A stretch of 64,000 nt of DNA, taken from assembly GCA_041659045.1 (NCBI GenBank), contig JBAZZB010000002.1:159855-223854 (forward strand), given 5' to 3'. Shown piece by piece: positions 1-10,058 of this stretch; position 1 is the stretch's first letter, and each line of letters opens with the position of its first letter. The notes under the pieces are model-generated. The model was not told where the DNA came from, did no database searches, and was given only the letters and a program-made list of their open reading frames with translations. The DNA is from Patescibacteria group bacterium. GTDB taxonomy: Bacteria > Patescibacteriota > Patescibacteriia > SG8-24 > DYFX01. Both the position numbers and the translations under genes were made by a program.

Positions 1-309
1 GTTATTATCGAACAGACCGTCCGGAATCTCGTTATCAGCCGCCTCACCAATATGCGTTGTGAAGACGCTACCAGTGACGGTTACCGACTTTGCCGTCGGC
101 GTGCCACAGGTACCTCGGGCGGTATAGAGACAGTTCCCGTCTCCGTCGTAGAGCTTGAAGATGATGGAGAGTGCGCCGTCCGGAACCTGAACGCCGCCGG
201 AGTCGGTCAGGCGGGCTTGATAGTTGAGGACTTTAGGGACAGAGTTGGCGGCGTGAACTGGAAAAACAAGGGAAAAGACGATGAAAACCGCGGGGAAAAC
301 GGTCTTCAT
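1..309 (-). CDS. Secreted hypothetical protein, 3'-partial (runs off window start). The N-terminal signal peptide is MKTVFPAVFIVFSLVFPVHA.
   Basis: Minus-strand ATG at 307-309 is followed by a hydrophobic signal peptide and a Thr/Gly/Val-rich mature region. It is preferred over the low-complexity plus-strand ORF 52-471. No SD sequence is evident. Confidence 0.4.
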   Translation of the reverse strand, partial: MKTVFPAVFIVFSLVFPVHAANSVPKVLNYQARLTDSGGVQVPDGALSIIFKLYDGDGNCLYTARGTCGTPTAKSVTVTGSVFTTHIGEAADNEIPDGLFDNN

Positions 310-575
310 CGCCCGGAGGAGTCGTTTTTTGTGCGAAAAACCGCCAGACAGCACAAAAGCCACCTGGCGGCCGGTATCAAAACCGCTAATTCGTGCGAAA
401 AAATTGTAAAGCTCCCCCCCCATTTGTTTTTGTTTTTCCTCAGAACCCTGCTAAGCCCTGTGGATACATAGAAATTTTACCATTTTTTGGCCATAAAATC
501 AAGCTTTGATGGAGGTCTGAGCTTAATAAGCGAAAATCCTTCCTCAGAGAGGACGAAAAATGGTAGAGTGAAGCC

Positions 576-1742
576 ATGAGAATCGGTATTGACGCACGGT
601 TTTTCGGACCAGTTGGCAAAGGACTCGGGCGCTACACCGAGAGGCTCATTGAGAACCTGGAGGCACTCGAGAGCCAGCACGCCCCGCATGCGCGGGGCGA
701 GGGGCGCATGCCCCTCGATTTTGTGGTGTTTTTGCGTAAAGAGAACTTCGATCTCTATCAACCTTCATCAGCCCGTTTTCGCAAGGTTTTGGCTGATTTT
801 CCGTGGTATTCATGGGCTGAACAGCTGTTTTTCCCACCATTGCTTCGGAAGGAAGGGGTCGATCTCATGCATTTTCCGCATTTTAACGTGCCGATTCTGA
901 CCCCGTGCCCGTTTCTCGTGACGATTCATGATTTGATCCTCTTCCGATACCCAACAAAGCGGGCGACGACGCTCAATTCGGTGGTATACCGCTTAAAATA
1001 CGCGGCTTATCACCTCACAATCCGCCTTGCCGCACGCCGTGCTCGACGCGTTATCGCCGTCTCGGAGTACACAAAGCAGGACATCATGAAATCGCTCGGC
1101 GTTCCTGAAGATAAAATCACCGTCACGTACGAAGCTTCCGACGCGGTACGAACAAGCGGTACTGGAAACATCGACCTGGCAGCTAAAAAGATCTCAAAAC
1201 CCTACTTCCTTTACGTCGGTAACGCCTATCCGCATAAAAACCTGGAACGCCTGCTCGAAGTCTTCAAAAAACTGCTGAAAGAAGGGATTGAGGCCCAGCT
1301 CGTCCTGGTCGGCAAAATGGATTATTTCTACAATCGGTTGAAAAAGGAAGCGGAACAGCTCGGACTTCTCAAGGAAAACGATACTCTTTTCTACGGATAC
1401 GCGACCGAGGACGAACTCGCGGAGCTCTATCGCAGCGCAAGAGTCTACGTTTTCCCATCATTACTCGAAGGATTCGGACTCCCCCCTCTTGAAGCCATGC
1501 GCTACGGCACTCCGGTTGCGGCCGCCGACTCGTCCTGCCTGCCCGAAGTACTCGGTGACGCGGCAACCTATTTCTCGCCCGAGGATCCGCTATCAATGGC
1601 CGACGCCATGAAACGAGCGTACTCCGACGAGGCACTGAGAGCAGCGCTCCGAGAACGCGGAATCGATCAAGCCAACCGTTACACCTGGAAAGAGTGCGCG
1701 GAACGCACCTATCAAGCCTACATTTCTTCCTTCAAACCATGA
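576..1742 (+). CDS. Glycosyltransferase family 4 (GT-B, GT1-type)
   Basis: The C-terminal motif EGFGLPPLEAMRYGTPVAAADSSCLPEV is typical of GT4 sugar transferases. GGAGG-like RBS; starts MRIGIDARF. Confidence 0.85.
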   Translation: MRIGIDARFFGPVGKGLGRYTERLIENLEALESQHAPHARGEGRMPLDFVVFLRKENFDLYQPSSARFRKVLADFPWYSWAEQLFFPPLLRKEGVDLMHFPHFNVPILTPCPFLVTIHDLILFRYPTKRATTLNSVVYRLKYAAYHLTIRLAARRARRVIAVSEYTKQDIMKSLGVPEDKITVTYEASDAVRTSGTGNIDLAAKKISKPYFLYVGNAYPHKNLERLLEVFKKLLKEGIEAQLVLVGKMDYFYNRLKKEAEQLGLLKENDTLFYGYATEDELAELYRSARVYVFPSLLEGFGLPPLEAMRYGTPVAAADSSCLPEVLGDAATYFSPEDPLSMADAMKRAYSDEALRAALRERGIDQANRYTWKECAERTYQAYISSFKP

Positions 1743-4186
1743 ACGAGTACGCACGGCGCGAATCAATGAACGAGACGAACGATCGGCGCAAAGGCGTGAC
1801 GATCCAGGATTCGTCTACAATGTCGCCGCACGTCGTCGATCTTTCGGCTTTTTCCAAGAACGTGCCGAAAGGCCCGCGCCCGAATTTGGATTTTTGGCAA
1901 AAGGTAAACGTCTGGGCGCGCGTCTTCAAACGCGCCGATCGATCGCATCGTTCGATGGTTCCGTTCATGCCACACAAAAAAACACAGCACGCTTCGATTC
2001 GCGGATTCTTGAAGCTGCCGTTTGCGATGTTGGTGCTGCTGTTTAAAAAAACACCGAAGGCAGCGCGACCACAAATCACCAAGGCGGTTCCGGTTCCGCT
2101 TCCGCCTCGACCCGTTCTTCTTAAAATCGACGCGCCAGCACCAGTCACGATTAAACTTTCCAAAAAAAGAAAACCGTTTTTTTCCTTTTTTCCGGACGCG
2201 GCTTGGAAGCGCCAGGTCCTCACGTTTGCCGTCATTGCGATCATTGTCACACTGCCATTACAAGCGTTGTTGTCGTACGCCGGACTGCTCCAACGCGCTG
2301 GCGTCATTGCTGCTGACGCTCAAGAAGCCGTCGGCAGCCTTAAAAACGCCGGTGAGGACGCGCTGGGCAGCGAAGATTCAGCCGTCGACGCTTTCACGCG
2401 CTCAGCCGGAGCTTTTGCCTCTACGCGCGAGCGCGTCGATGACGTGACCGTGCAGTTGGCTGCGCTCTTGAGCGGCAACGGTGAGAAACTTTCGAGCGGC
2501 ACGAAGCTTTTGAATGCCGGAGAAGAAGTTGCCAAGGCGGGCGCGGAGCTCGCTGCTGGATTGGACGCGATGCAATCATCGCAGGACACAAATGCCGTGA
2601 AGCTCGCGCACATGACAACCGCGCTTGCCGCTGCACTCCCCCATCTCGAGAGCGGCGTCACTCAACTCAACGATGTTTCCGCTCGCAGCGTGCCCACGGA
2701 GTATCGCGCGATGTTCGTTCGCATTCGAGAGGACGTACAGTCAGCTCTCGACGACCTGAAGAGAGCTTCCGCTTCTTCTCCGACTCTTCTTGATGCGATC
2801 GGAGCAAACGGAAAGCGCCGCTACCTCGTCGTCTTTCAAAACGCCAACGAGTTGCGACCGACCGGCGGCTTTATCGGCTCCTTCGCACTCATGGATCTCG
2901 AGGACGGCAAGATTACGAAGATGGAAATCCCTTCGGGCGGTTCTTACGACCTGCGGGGCGGATTCAATCGACGCATCATGGCCCCCGATCAGCTTCGCCT
3001 CGTAAATCCTCGCTGGGAATTCCAAGACGCTAACTGGTTCCCCGACTTCCCCACCTCGGCGCGTTCGCTCATGTGGTTCTACGAGAAGAGCGGCGGCCCG
3101 ACTGTCGATGGTGTGATTGCGATCACCTCCAGCGTCATGCAAGAGCTTCTGCATGCCGTTGGTCCGATCGAAATGGCGGAATACGGAAAGACGATTACCG
3201 CCGACAACTTTCTTCTTGAAACCCAAAAGTCCGTCGAGATTGAATACGACCGCGAGACGAACCGTCCGAAACAGATCATCAGCGACATGGCGCCGAAGCT
3301 GTTGAAGAAGCTGGTCGACGGCGGCTCGAACGACCTGCCGAAGCTGGCCGCCTCGCTGGGCAACGCGCTCTCTGCCAAAGATATCCAAGTGTATCTCCGC
3401 GATGAAACCGCTCAGAGCGCCGCTGACGCCTTTGGCTGGACTGGTGCTCTGCGCCCGATTCCGAACGCCGACTACCTCGCCGTGATCGACACGAACATCG
3501 CCGGAGGAAAAACAGATGGCGTGATCGAAGAGTTCATCCGACACGAAACGCGTTTCGAAGAAAACGGAGACATCGTCAATACCGTCACCGTCACACGCGC
3601 GCATCAGGGCAAGGCTGGAGAACTTTTCACTGGCATCAAGAATATCGACTACATGCGCGTCTACGTGCCAAAGGGCAGCGCGCTCCTCTCTGCAGAAGGC
3701 TTCCAAGCCCCCGCGGACGGCTACTTCCTCCCTCAAGACACGACTCTCCAACCTTCAACATTACTCGCTGCCGTTGAAGGATCAACAACGATCGACGAAG
3801 CATCTGGCACAACGATCCACGACGAATCCGAACTCACGGTCTTTGGCAACTGGGTGCAGCTCGAACCAGGTGAAACAAAAACAGTCACTCTGAGCTATCG
3901 ACTCCCCTTCCGACTTGCCGACCTGACACGATCACCTGAAACGTGGGTAGACCGCTTGAAAGATACCGTCGGAGCATACGTCCCGACCGCTGACCTAAAA
4001 CTCATTGTTCAAAAACAGGCCGGCGCAACGAAACGCACGTTCGAAAATCGCACACTCGCTCCGAAGGGGTGGTCGATCCGCACGAGTGTTCCGGAAGAAG
4101 CGAAAGTTGAACAAGGCAGGCTTGAACTTACGGCACCGCTCGACCAAGACGTCTTCGTCGGCATGGTGCTCGTCAATCGCGAATAA
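1739..4186 (+). CDS. DUF4012 domain-containing envelope protein
   Basis: Contains the ANELRPTGGFIGSFALMDLEDGKI motif characteristic of DUF4012. Start chosen at MNEYARR, which overlaps the GT stop as ATGA. Confidence 0.7.
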   Translation: MNEYARRESMNETNDRRKGVTIQDSSTMSPHVVDLSAFSKNVPKGPRPNLDFWQKVNVWARVFKRADRSHRSMVPFMPHKKTQHASIRGFLKLPFAMLVLLFKKTPKAARPQITKAVPVPLPPRPVLLKIDAPAPVTIKLSKKRKPFFSFFPDAAWKRQVLTFAVIAIIVTLPLQALLSYAGLLQRAGVIAADAQEAVGSLKNAGEDALGSEDSAVDAFTRSAGAFASTRERVDDVTVQLAALLSGNGEKLSSGTKLLNAGEEVAKAGAELAAGLDAMQSSQDTNAVKLAHMTTALAAALPHLESGVTQLNDVSARSVPTEYRAMFVRIREDVQSALDDLKRASASSPTLLDAIGANGKRRYLVVFQNANELRPTGGFIGSFALMDLEDGKITKMEIPSGGSYDLRGGFNRRIMAPDQLRLVNPRWEFQDANWFPDFPTSARSLMWFYEKSGGPTVDGVIAITSSVMQELLHAVGPIEMAEYGKTITADNFLLETQKSVEIEYDRETNRPKQIISDMAPKLLKKLVDGGSNDLPKLAASLGNALSAKDIQVYLRDETAQSAADAFGWTGALRPIPNADYLAVIDTNIAGGKTDGVIEEFIRHETRFEENGDIVNTVTVTRAHQGKAGELFTGIKNIDYMRVYVPKGSALLSAEGFQAPADGYFLPQDTTLQPSTLLAAVEGSTTIDEASGTTIHDESELTVFGNWVQLEPGETKTVTLSYRLPFRLADLTRSPETWVDRLKDTVGAYVPTADLKLIVQKQAGATKRTFENRTLAPKGWSIRTSVPEEAKVEQGRLELTAPLDQDVFVGMVLVNRE

Positions 4187-4194
4187 AGACTTCT

Positions 4195-6045
4195 ATGGAG
4201 GAGAAGCCGAAACAACCGAAACAGGACTTGGAGCAGGAGTTGAAACAGATCTACTCCGATTCCGACGGAGCGATGCCGGACTTCACGCGTCTTGATGGCA
4301 AGCCCGGAAGTCGCCTGCGTTCCGCACTGATTCTCTCCGCGTTCGCGCTTCTGGTTATCGGCGGCGCAACCTGGGCGGGCATCTTCCTCTTCTCTCGCAC
4401 GTCAGGCTTCAGCGGCAACGGAGTCGGGCTGACCGTGCAAACGGACGGCGCCTTTACTTCCGGAAGCGAAGAAGAGGTCGTCATCCGTTACCAAAACCGC
4501 GAACGGATTCCACTCGCCCGCGCGAACATCGTCCTGAAAATGCCCGAGGGCTTCACCATGACGATTGCCGAGCTCCCTTCCACCGAAAAAAACACGTGGG
4601 CGATCGGTTCAATCGCGCCCGGCGCAGAAGGCGAAGTAAAAGTGCGCGGATACGTGAAGCGCGAGCTCGAAGCCGCGCTCACCTTCCAAGCCGAACTCAA
4701 CTACAAGCCCGCCGATTTCAACGCCGAATTCCAAAAAGTTGCTTCCCACACCGTTGTCGTGAAAGATGCCGCTCTGACGCTCTCGGCCACGGGCACGCCA
4801 GAGATGACGCCGGGCGACGAAATCGCGTACGTCTTCGACTACGAGAATCGATCAGAGCTGCCGTTGGAAAATATCCGCTTGCAGCTTGATCCGCTTGAAG
4901 GATTCATCTTCGAAACATCAAAGCCGAAAAACGACGAAGGCGTCGCCATGCAATGGACGTTCCCGAAAATCGAAGCTGGCGCCAAGGCATCAGTCACGGT
5001 ACGAGGCACGTTCTCCGCAGCATCGCGCGGACAGAAGACGTTGCATGGTCGTATGGGGTTCGCAGAGAACTCAAAGATGATCGAGGTTGCAAAAGCGGAC
5101 ACAACGACCAATGTCTTGAAAAGCAATCTGGACCTGGCACTCATCGTAAACGGTTCTGATAAGCCGCCGATCGCCTCGTTCGGCGACACGCTCTACTTCT
5201 CGGTGCGCTACGAGAACGCCGGCGACGTCGCGCTGAAAGACGTTGTCATCTCTGCAGCTCTCCCATCAGAGCCGACAGGTAAAACTATTCTCGACTGGGT
5301 TTCTCTGAAAGACGACCTGCTCGGCAAGCGCGTCGGCTCCACCGTGTCTTGGACAAAGAAGGAACTCCCCGCCCTCGCGCTCCTCGGCCCGGGTGATAAA
5401 GGCGAAATTGCCTTCTCGGTACAACTGATTCGCAAACCCTTCTCTGACGTCACCTCTTCCGTCTACGCCATTCACGCCGTCGCCAGCGCGATGATCGGCA
5501 AGGCCGGAAAAATCTCTGGCTCGCGCCAAGTCGACACCGCCCCCTTCAACATTCTCTTGCAAAGCGATACCGCGTTCCAAGCCTACGGCCGATACTTCAA
5601 CGAGGACGGAACACCGATCGGTTCAGGACCGCTCCCGCCAAAAGCCGGAGAAAAAACAATCTACCGCGTGACCTGGGTCGTGCAGAATTCGCTTCATGAA
5701 CTCACCGATCTCACCGCGACAACACTTCTGCCGCAAGGCGCGAAGTGGACCGGCGAGGAACGCACGGTCGAAGCGGGCAGCCTGAGCTTCGACGAAACAG
5801 GCCGCAAGGCGACATGGCGTCTCAACCGCATGCCAACGTCCGTAAAAAGCGTCTCAATCAACTTCGACGTCGAGTTGATTCCAGAAGCGGAAGACGCCGG
5901 TAAAATCGTCGACATCACCGGCGACAACCGGCTTGAAGGCTTCGATAAAGACGTCGGTACCGTGATCCTAAAAACGGCTCCGAGCATCGGAACCGATCTC
6001 CTGGGTGACGAGTCCGCCGCCGGCAAAGGCGTCGTGCGCGAATGA
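4195..6045 (+). CDS. Membrane-anchored extracellular protein of unknown function with repeated beta-rich modules
   Basis: N-terminal TM helix (ALILSAFALLVIGGATWAGIFLF) is followed by ~550 aa of repetitive DUF11-like segments. Confidence 0.6.
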   Translation: MEEKPKQPKQDLEQELKQIYSDSDGAMPDFTRLDGKPGSRLRSALILSAFALLVIGGATWAGIFLFSRTSGFSGNGVGLTVQTDGAFTSGSEEEVVIRYQNRERIPLARANIVLKMPEGFTMTIAELPSTEKNTWAIGSIAPGAEGEVKVRGYVKRELEAALTFQAELNYKPADFNAEFQKVASHTVVVKDAALTLSATGTPEMTPGDEIAYVFDYENRSELPLENIRLQLDPLEGFIFETSKPKNDEGVAMQWTFPKIEAGAKASVTVRGTFSAASRGQKTLHGRMGFAENSKMIEVAKADTTTNVLKSNLDLALIVNGSDKPPIASFGDTLYFSVRYENAGDVALKDVVISAALPSEPTGKTILDWVSLKDDLLGKRVGSTVSWTKKELPALALLGPGDKGEIAFSVQLIRKPFSDVTSSVYAIHAVASAMIGKAGKISGSRQVDTAPFNILLQSDTAFQAYGRYFNEDGTPIGSGPLPPKAGEKTIYRVTWVVQNSLHELTDLTATTLLPQGAKWTGEERTVEAGSLSFDETGRKATWRLNRMPTSVKSVSINFDVELIPEAEDAGKIVDITGDNRLEGFDKDVGTVILKTAPSIGTDLLGDESAAGKGVVRE

Positions 6046-6582
6046 TCACTTCAGAACGTACTCCACGGAACGAACACCCGAAAGCGCCTCAAGGCGCTTT
6101 TTGGTTTTCTCGAGCGGCCGTTTTGTCTCGGAAGAAATCAGGGCATCGTAATGAAACAGTCCGTCGAATCTCGCCGTGAGCGTCGTTTGTTGATCTGCAA
6201 ATTCTTTCTCCGTCTCATCATTCAATTCTTGGTCGAGCACGACAAGCAAACGCGACGCGTCAATCAAACGGCCATCTTCAAGACGCGCGTATCCTCGTTC
6301 CGCATCGCAAGCGTCGCCACACGTCGCGAGCCACAAAGGACTATGGCACTCCGTCGGCAACAAACGATCGCCCGGTGAGCGCGTCGGACGCGCCTCGCAA
6401 CCCTTCGGACAGACGGAACCGATGGCTACCGGAGTCTTATAGCACTGTCGCTCTTTCATATCGATCGTGCCCAGCACAGCCTGCGTGAAAGGATTCCGCA
6501 CCGGTGAACCGTCCGAGATCACGCCAAAGCCAGCGACAAGGAACGTCGCTCCGATCAGGAGGCGTGCGGGTGCGGTGCGCAT
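6046..6582 (-). CDS. Hypothetical secreted protein
   Basis: Start taken at internal MRTAPARLLIGATFLVAGFG, a signal-peptide-like sequence. The longer ORF would overlap a terminator hairpin. Contains several Cys. Confidence 0.45.
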   Translation of the reverse strand: MRTAPARLLIGATFLVAGFGVISDGSPVRNPFTQAVLGTIDMKERQCYKTPVAIGSVCPKGCEARPTRSPGDRLLPTECHSPLWLATCGDACDAERGYARLEDGRLIDASRLLVVLDQELNDETEKEFADQQTTLTARFDGLFHYDALISSETKRPLEKTKKRLEALSGVRSVEYVLK

Positions 6583-6623
6583 ATGCGCTGAGTATAGGAG
6601 CGGCCAGAGGAAATGGCAAACGA

Positions 6624-6650
6624 AAAACCTCCGGCGATACCGGAGGTTTT
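6624..6650. terminator. Bidirectional rho-independent terminator hairpin (cctccgg-cgatac-cggagg + T run)
   Basis: A perfect 7-bp stem is flanked by A-run and T-run, between the hypothetical CDS and tRNA-Arg. Confidence 0.5.
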
Positions 6651-6653
6651 CCA

Positions 6654-6730
6654 TGGTGCACCCGAGACGATTCGAACGTCTGATCTCTTCCTTCGGAGGG
6701 AAGCGCTTTATCCAGCTAAGCTACGGGTGC
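6654..6730 (-). tRNA. tRNA-Arg (anticodon CCG)
   Basis: Reverse complement is GCACCCGTAGCTTAGCTGGATAAAGCGCTTCCCTCCGAAGGAAGAGATCAGACGTTCGAATCGTCTCGGGTGCACCA. It has a cloverleaf with T-loop TTCGAAT, anticodon loop CTCCGAA and encoded CCA. Confidence 0.85.
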
Positions 6731-6735
6731 CTGCC

Positions 6736-7689
6736 TTATGGACGCAGGCGCCGCGCGAAGGCGTAGACCGTATACCAGAACCGATTGAGCGGCAAGTCGA
6801 AGGTGCCGGGGTAGCTGACGTAGCGTCCGCCGAAACCGCGCTTAAAACGCGTGATACCAGCCCAACTATGCCCCGCCGCGCCTTCAGGGGCCACACCCCA
6901 GAAATCATAGTTCGCATACCCCCAGACTTTGGCGTCCTGCATCGCCTGCCAATGCAACGCTTGCGGTGCCATCACCTCGCGACGATCACGGCTTGAAGCT
7001 CCGTGAAGATACGTTGCCGTCGTGCCGAAATAGAGCATCAGGTTGGCAGCCAAAACCTTGCCGTCGTGCTCCGCAAATACGAGACGCGCGACAGGGCGAG
7101 TCTTTCCGTCCGTGGCCGGATCGCCAGAAAGCGTTTCAAGCATCTGTTGGTAGTACGCTTTGTCGTGAGCGCGAAACTGATCGCGCTCCGTGGTTTCCGA
7201 CATGAGCTGCCAGAAGATTTCGATGGCGCTCGGGTCATGGCCGCCCGCCATGAAAACCTTCACACCCTTACGTTCTGCCAAGCGAATATTGTAACGCCAC
7301 TTTTCGTGCATGGCAGCCATAAGCGCCTCCGTATCCTGACGAAGATCGACAATCAACGTTTGTCCTGGTTGCACGTCATTCGTTTTCTTCGCACGCTCGG
7401 GAATTTCTTTCGGCTCGCAGCGGAAAAAATCGGCCTCGGTGAGCGCGCCGGCAGCGGTGAGTTTTTCAATCGCCTGTGCCCCAAGCGGACCACGCGGGCT
7501 GTACCAGTACGACCTTGAAAACGGCAGTGAGCGTTTCACGAGCAACGCCAAGGCGTTCTCCCCGCGCCAACGCGCGATCTCAGCCCCGGCCTTTTCCTGA
7601 AACGTTCCCCACTCCCACGATTGCAAAAAATCTCCGCCCAAGCGAAGCACCTCCTCGTTCCAATCACCTTGTACGGTGACGCGTTTCAT
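6736..7689 (-). CDS. FemAB-family aminoacyltransferase (peptidoglycan interpeptide bridge formation, FemX-like)
   Basis: 317 aa. Motifs YLHGASSRDRREVMAPQALHWQAM and GITRFKRGFGG are typical of FemABX. Confidence 0.75.
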   Translation of the reverse strand: MKRVTVQGDWNEEVLRLGGDFLQSWEWGTFQEKAGAEIARWRGENALALLVKRSLPFSRSYWYSPRGPLGAQAIEKLTAAGALTEADFFRCEPKEIPERAKKTNDVQPGQTLIVDLRQDTEALMAAMHEKWRYNIRLAERKGVKVFMAGGHDPSAIEIFWQLMSETTERDQFRAHDKAYYQQMLETLSGDPATDGKTRPVARLVFAEHDGKVLAANLMLYFGTTATYLHGASSRDRREVMAPQALHWQAMQDAKVWGYANYDFWGVAPEGAAGHSWAGITRFKRGFGGRYVSYPGTFDLPLNRFWYTVYAFARRLRP

Positions 7690-8237
7690 TATCGCGACAA
7701 CATTCTAAGCGCTTGTTTAATGCGTTCTTCGGTCGTGCCGTCGAGATCTTTCACGATCTCTCGTGCCTTGTGACGAGCATAGCCGAGGTTTTCAAGCGCC
7801 GAAACGGCTTCGTCTCCCCCTTCGCCCGGATCATCGTCCGTCACGAGCTTGCCCTTGAGTTCGAGCACGACACGCTGCGCCGTCTTGCGACCGACGCCGG
7901 AAGCACTTTCGAGATACGAAACATCGCCGCGCTCAACCGCACCGCGCACGCTCTCAACCGTGCCAAGCGACAAGAGCTGCAGCGCCATCTTCGGACCAAC
8001 GCCCGAAACGGTAATGAGCTTCCAGAACAACTCAAGCTCGGCGACTGTCGCGAAGCCAACGAGATCGTTCGCGTCCTCTCGGATGATTTGATGGGTGTAC
8101 AGGCGCGCCTCGCTCCCCTTTTCGAGAGCCGCCAAAAGGTGCGTTGGCACCTTCACAAGATAGCCAATATCGCCGACAAGCAGAATGACGTGCTCGCGGC
8201 CTTTTTCCAGCACCGAACCTTTGAGAAAAGCGATCAT
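7689..8237 (-). CDS. ruvA: Holliday junction DNA helicase subunit RuvA
   Basis: Starts MIAFLKGSV. The helix-hairpin-helix motif ITVSGVGPKMALQLLS is the RuvA signature. Confidence 0.9.
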   Translation of the reverse strand: MIAFLKGSVLEKGREHVILLVGDIGYLVKVPTHLLAALEKGSEARLYTHQIIREDANDLVGFATVAELELFWKLITVSGVGPKMALQLLSLGTVESVRGAVERGDVSYLESASGVGRKTAQRVVLELKGKLVTDDDPGEGGDEAVSALENLGYARHKAREIVKDLDGTTEERIKQALRMLSR

Positions 8238-8278
8238 GGGTTCAGTCTACCCTCCGATTTTCGCCTTGACAACAGAGG

Positions 8279-8671
8279 TTGCGTGCCCATAAAATCGGCG
8301 CGAGGAGGACTGTGGTGAACGACTGCAACGTGAGAGATTCTGATGTGTGTGTCACGCATACGAACTGGGACGCTGTTCCACCCCGTTCGCTCGAAATCTC
8401 AAAAGACCGCATGCGAGAAATCGATGCCGAGCTCAGTGCCCTCGCGAGGCTCCACGCCTACGCTCGCGAACAGGCACGTCTTGCCAAGCGTTTCTGCCGT
8501 ATTGCCGAGGTTATTCTGGAACAATGTGGCTGCGATCACATTTTCTACCGGTACAGAGATCAGCACGTGCTGTTCATCTGGCCGATGGGGCCGCCTCTCG
8601 AGATGTCACTTGAACGATTTCTCAGGATCTTCGAACGTCCGTCAATCTCTCCTCTCCGCGTGGTCAAGTAA
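8279..8671 (+). CDS. Hypothetical protein (uncertain)
   Basis: 130-aa ORF in the divergent intergenic region between ruvA and the kinase-like gene. Composition is plausible but there is no clear RBS or domain. Confidence 0.3.
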   Translation: MRAHKIGARRTVVNDCNVRDSDVCVTHTNWDAVPPRSLEISKDRMREIDAELSALARLHAYAREQARLAKRFCRIAEVILEQCGCDHIFYRYRDQHVLFIWPMGPPLEMSLERFLRIFERPSISPLRVVK

Positions 8672-8716
8672 CCCGCGGACTTTTTTTTACCAAAGCGCCG
8701 TGCTACGCTCCACGCA

Positions 8717-9674
8717 TATGCAGGAAAAACCTGACAAGCGCGTACGTCTCTCGCCCTTTGAACGGCCTGAGATGAGAATTGAAGATAAGAAGCGTGTCCT
8801 AAACGCTTTTACCGAAACTTTCTTGGACAAGTCGAACCAGACCCGTCTAGGAGCTGGTACGACCGCTGAAGTCATGGCGAATAACCTTGACCCGGCTTTG
8901 AGCAAATTCGTTTCAAAGTTTGCGTACGCGGATCGCCCGCACCACGGCATTTTGAACGATCTTGAAACCGAATTCGAACAGCAGTTGAATGCCTGGCGCA
9001 TGACAGAAGGTTGGAAAACGAAATATCCGAAAGCGCCGCGCGTACGCGTACCGGAGCCGATCGGCTACGTGCGTGAAGGTGACAACGAGGTGCTTGTCAT
9101 GGAGCGCGTGCGCGGAAAAACCCTCTGGCGTCTTTTGATGGAAAACTATTTGCGCACGGAAGGCATTGCCAGCGGACGGCTTACTGAGCGCGATGCTGAG
9201 GATCTTGCTCAACACCCTGACGACTCGTACGTTGAAGACTTTTTGATCCGTCGCACGGACATGGCGCAGTACTACCAGCATGGTCGCCACAAGGAAATCG
9301 AAAAAACCATGTGGGATAACTGCTATCGTAAGCAGTCCGCTATTGTGACGGAAGACCAGTTCAAAGCCATCCAAGCGTTTGCGGCACTTTCCAAGCGTGA
9401 GAAGTTCTGGCATCGCGATTTTCATCCGAAGAACGTTATGATCTCCGATAACGGAGATGTCTTCGTTATTGATTTCGGACTCTCGACGCAAGGTATGGAT
9501 GAGAAAGACGCCATGCACATCGAAAACTTCGGTCAGGAAATCATGATGACCGCCGGATACGAGGGTTTGATCGAGCAGCTGCGCGGATCCGGCAACGGCG
9601 ACTCAACCGATCCAAAGCGTCAACGCGTGCCCATGTCTACTTGGCACAAGCCCGATCTTGACAAAAAGGCTTAA
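8717..9674 (+). CDS. Protein-kinase-like fold protein (eukaryotic-type kinase / lipopolysaccharide-kinase-like)
   Basis: Catalytic-loop motif HRDFHPKNVMI followed by VIDFGLS, which resemble HRDxKPxN and DFG. Start at MQEKPDKR. Confidence 0.6.
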
Positions 9675-9715
9675 AATCCGTATATTCAGACTCCCGATCA
9701 CGAGGAGACACACCT

Positions 9716-10021
9716 ATGATGACTTTCTCACCCATCCGCCTGCAGGAGATTCGCGACGCGATTGTCGCTGGGTCCGGCCGCGAGATCGAGAAGATCGCGC
9801 ATGTCTTCGGACCGCTCCGCTCGCCCTTCGACGGCTTCGTCGCGCTCGTTCCGATCGAAGCGACTGACGATGCCGGCACATTCGGCGTTGCCGTCGAAGC
9901 CTGCGGCTTCCGTCACACGCAACATCTTGGACTCGAAGCGTTCCAGGCCGCCGGTGTTCCGACAGAAGGCCTGCCGGCATGCGGCGTGTTCATCGGCGCT
10001 CCTTTCACTCAACCCGCCTGA
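9716..10021 (+). CDS. Hypothetical small protein (101 aa)
   Basis: GGAGA RBS 7 nt upstream and an intrinsic terminator immediately downstream. Confidence 0.5.
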   Translation: MMTFSPIRLQEIRDAIVAGSGREIEKIAHVFGPLRSPFDGFVALVPIEATDDAGTFGVAVEACGFRHTQHLGLEAFQAAGVPTEGLPACGVFIGAPFTQPA

Positions 10022-10057
10022 CACAAAACCCATCGACACACGTCGATGGGTTTTTCA
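10021..10057 (+). terminator. Rho-independent terminator (cccatcgac-acacg-tcgatggg + TTTTT)
   Basis: A 9-bp perfect stem plus T-run. Confidence 0.55.
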
Positions 10058-10058
10058 T

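Noticed and set aside
52-471. 139-aa plus-strand ORF at the window start
   Set aside because: Gly/Arg-rich low-complexity translation with no RBS. It overlaps a more convincing minus-strand signal-peptide protein.
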